This document shows, one piece after another, positions 62,361 to 64,000 of a DNA stretch of 64,000 bases. The DNA comes from Escherichia coli (lineage in GTDB: Bacteria; Pseudomonadota; Gammaproteobacteria; Enterobacterales; Enterobacteriaceae), in assembly GCF_011045215.1 (NCBI RefSeq), contig NZ_CP049201.1, one strand, 5' to 3'. The notes under the pieces were generated by a model that did not search any database, was not told where the DNA came from, and worked only from the letters and a program-made list of their open reading frames with translations. The position numbers and the translations under genes were made by a program. How positions within the stretch are numbered: position 1 is the first letter of the stretch; each line of letters starts with the position of its first letter.

Positions 62361-62927
62361 TCAGAAGTGAGGCTTACGAGGACGCCCTGCAGCAGGTCGT
62401 TCAGGAACTTCATTGCAGCCGTAGGCGCACAGCCCGTCTTTTTGTTCTTCTTTCGCCAGATAATGCAGGACACCGCGAATATTATCGATGCTCCCGGGAT
62501 CGTTATGACGCACGGGGATGTTGATGTTGTATGTATAATGCGGCTGATATGTACAACGGTGCACCGAACCGCTGTTATGCGTAATAGACCGCCAGCATTC
62601 CGTAATCCGCTCCGCAAAGGGATATACTTTTTTAACCCTCTGACGATCGATCCAGAAAACCGCATGCGCATGAAAACCATGATCAACCGTCCATTCAATC
62701 ACCCAGAAGAAGCCAACCATATTTTCAAATTGTTCCGCCTGCTCCAGCAGCATACGTAACTGTAATTCAAGCCAACGATGATCAGGTTGTAAGAAATCAG
62801 GCGTATCTTTCCTGTAGAAGAAATCCATGCGTAAGGCCCGCAGGCAGGAATAGCGTGCTATCATTTGATTGATGTGATTGTCAAATAAAGCGGTAAAAAA
62901 CCAGTTTGGTGTGTAAGATTTAGGCAT
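62361..62927 (-). CDS. Inovirus Gp2-like (YagK/YfjJ-family) protein with an HUH-like motif (188 aa)
   Basis: Track ORF; HGFHAHAVFW contains a His-hydrophobic-His motif typical of rolling-circle Rep-like proteins. Confidence 0.55.
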   Translation of the reverse strand: MPKSYTPNWFFTALFDNHINQMIARYSCLRALRMDFFYRKDTPDFLQPDHRWLELQLRMLLEQAEQFENMVGFFWVIEWTVDHGFHAHAVFWIDRQRVKKVYPFAERITECWRSITHNSGSVHRCTYQPHYTYNINIPVRHNDPGSIDNIRGVLHYLAKEEQKDGLCAYGCNEVPERPAAGRPRKPHF

Positions 62928-64000
62928 GCTGATGACTCCTGAAAGTTAATGACGTTTTAAGTGCTGTAAGCGAATTAATGCTTTCGCTCATAATCAGATC
63001 TAAAACGGTAATAACTTACAGACGGTATTTATCAGGCATGCTGTAACAGAATGGATACGTCGGTTATTAACGACACGCAACGTTGTGCTGAAGGGAATGG
63101 GTCATCTGATGGCATTGACTAAAGAAATGAGATAAACGAGGAGTAAAAAAATACAGATTCAATAAAACACAATGAAACACTGCAAAATACGCAATAAACC
63201 CCCACTACCAGGAGATTAAGAAACATATTACGACCAATAACATCATAAACTACAAACTTGCTCTCAGTGAGTCTGAAAAAACGTGTACAAGGCCAACACA
63301 TATCTGTAACCTGATAAAATCATACACTCTCATTTAATCTGTTAAAAACAACTCATGTTCAAGATATGAACGTTAACGGGTACACGGTACCAGAATGAAA
63401 CATACCATTGATGGATAATTTTCATTTTGTTTAACATAAAAGATAATCAGAAACGAACAGACATAATCAGGAATTCACCCTGTTAATTTCATTGTTTATC
63501 CTGCGCTGTTAAACATGACGGAATCATAGACACCTTATCAAAGAGTAAACATTCAGTTAATCAGTGATGACAGAAGAATTGATGTTCACCAGAATAGTTA
63601 AAACACTTCAGATAAACAATTATTGTTAAACAATGATAACGCATGACGGACAAGATTAAAATCAATTACTGTCTCACTGAACATGAGAACAGATGAATAT
63701 CTGTCAGTAGAATGGTAGAGAATACACCTGAATATCATATGAGTTACAATCGTCATGATTGAGATATGGATGGAGAGGATATTGTTATAATAGTGACAGT
63801 GAAGACTGGAGAAGGACATGAGTGAGTATAACTGGATGAAAATAATAGTAATGGAATGTGTAAAGATAGAGAGGAGAGATGAATGACAAAGATGGATAGA
63901 AAATAAAGAGACAGATATTAATTATAGTAATAAACCTAAATTAAAATTATCCATATCTGATGAGTAAAAATAAGAAATCCTACGTCCTGAATACAAGCCT

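Overview
The first ~8.2 kb is conserved Escherichia coli-type chromosomal backbone (ftsK 5' end, lrp, trxB, cydD, cydC, aat, infA, tRNA-Ser(GGA) serW). From the 3' end of serW (~8195) to the end of the window is at least 55 kb of horizontally acquired DNA, almost all transcribed on the minus strand. It contains, in order: (1) a CP4-44/CP4-57-like island module (CbtA/CbeA-type toxin-antitoxin, YeeT-like, RadC-like JAB, ArdB/KlcA antirestriction, DUF932, large membrane protein, antigen 43 with its Dam/OxyR GATC switch, YeeP-type GTPase); (2) an IS-rich stretch (IS481-like element beside an IS2 right-end remnant, an IS3-family element, an IS21-family element, an IS4-family transposase) interleaved with an AT-rich adhesin/EAL/AraC remnant and IS-truncated genes; (3) a helicase/nuclease locus: an 893-aa SF1 helicase fused to a DUF559/Vsr-like nuclease, plus an operon of a NERD-UvrD helicase, a 101-aa protein and a membrane protein, next to an Ail/Lom outer-membrane protein, which I rate as the best candidate for an undescribed (probably antiphage) system; (4) a contact-dependent growth inhibition locus cdiB-cdiC-cdiA-cdiI with a glycine-rich CdiA-CT, a downstream toxin-like/immunity-like pair and a pretoxin remnant; (5) an AlpA / Gp2-like / FinO-like island-proximal module. 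No rRNA, CRISPR array or integrase gene was found. All family assignments come from reading motifs in the translations and from memory of the families; no database search was run. Hand-derived coordinates may be off by 1-2 nt.
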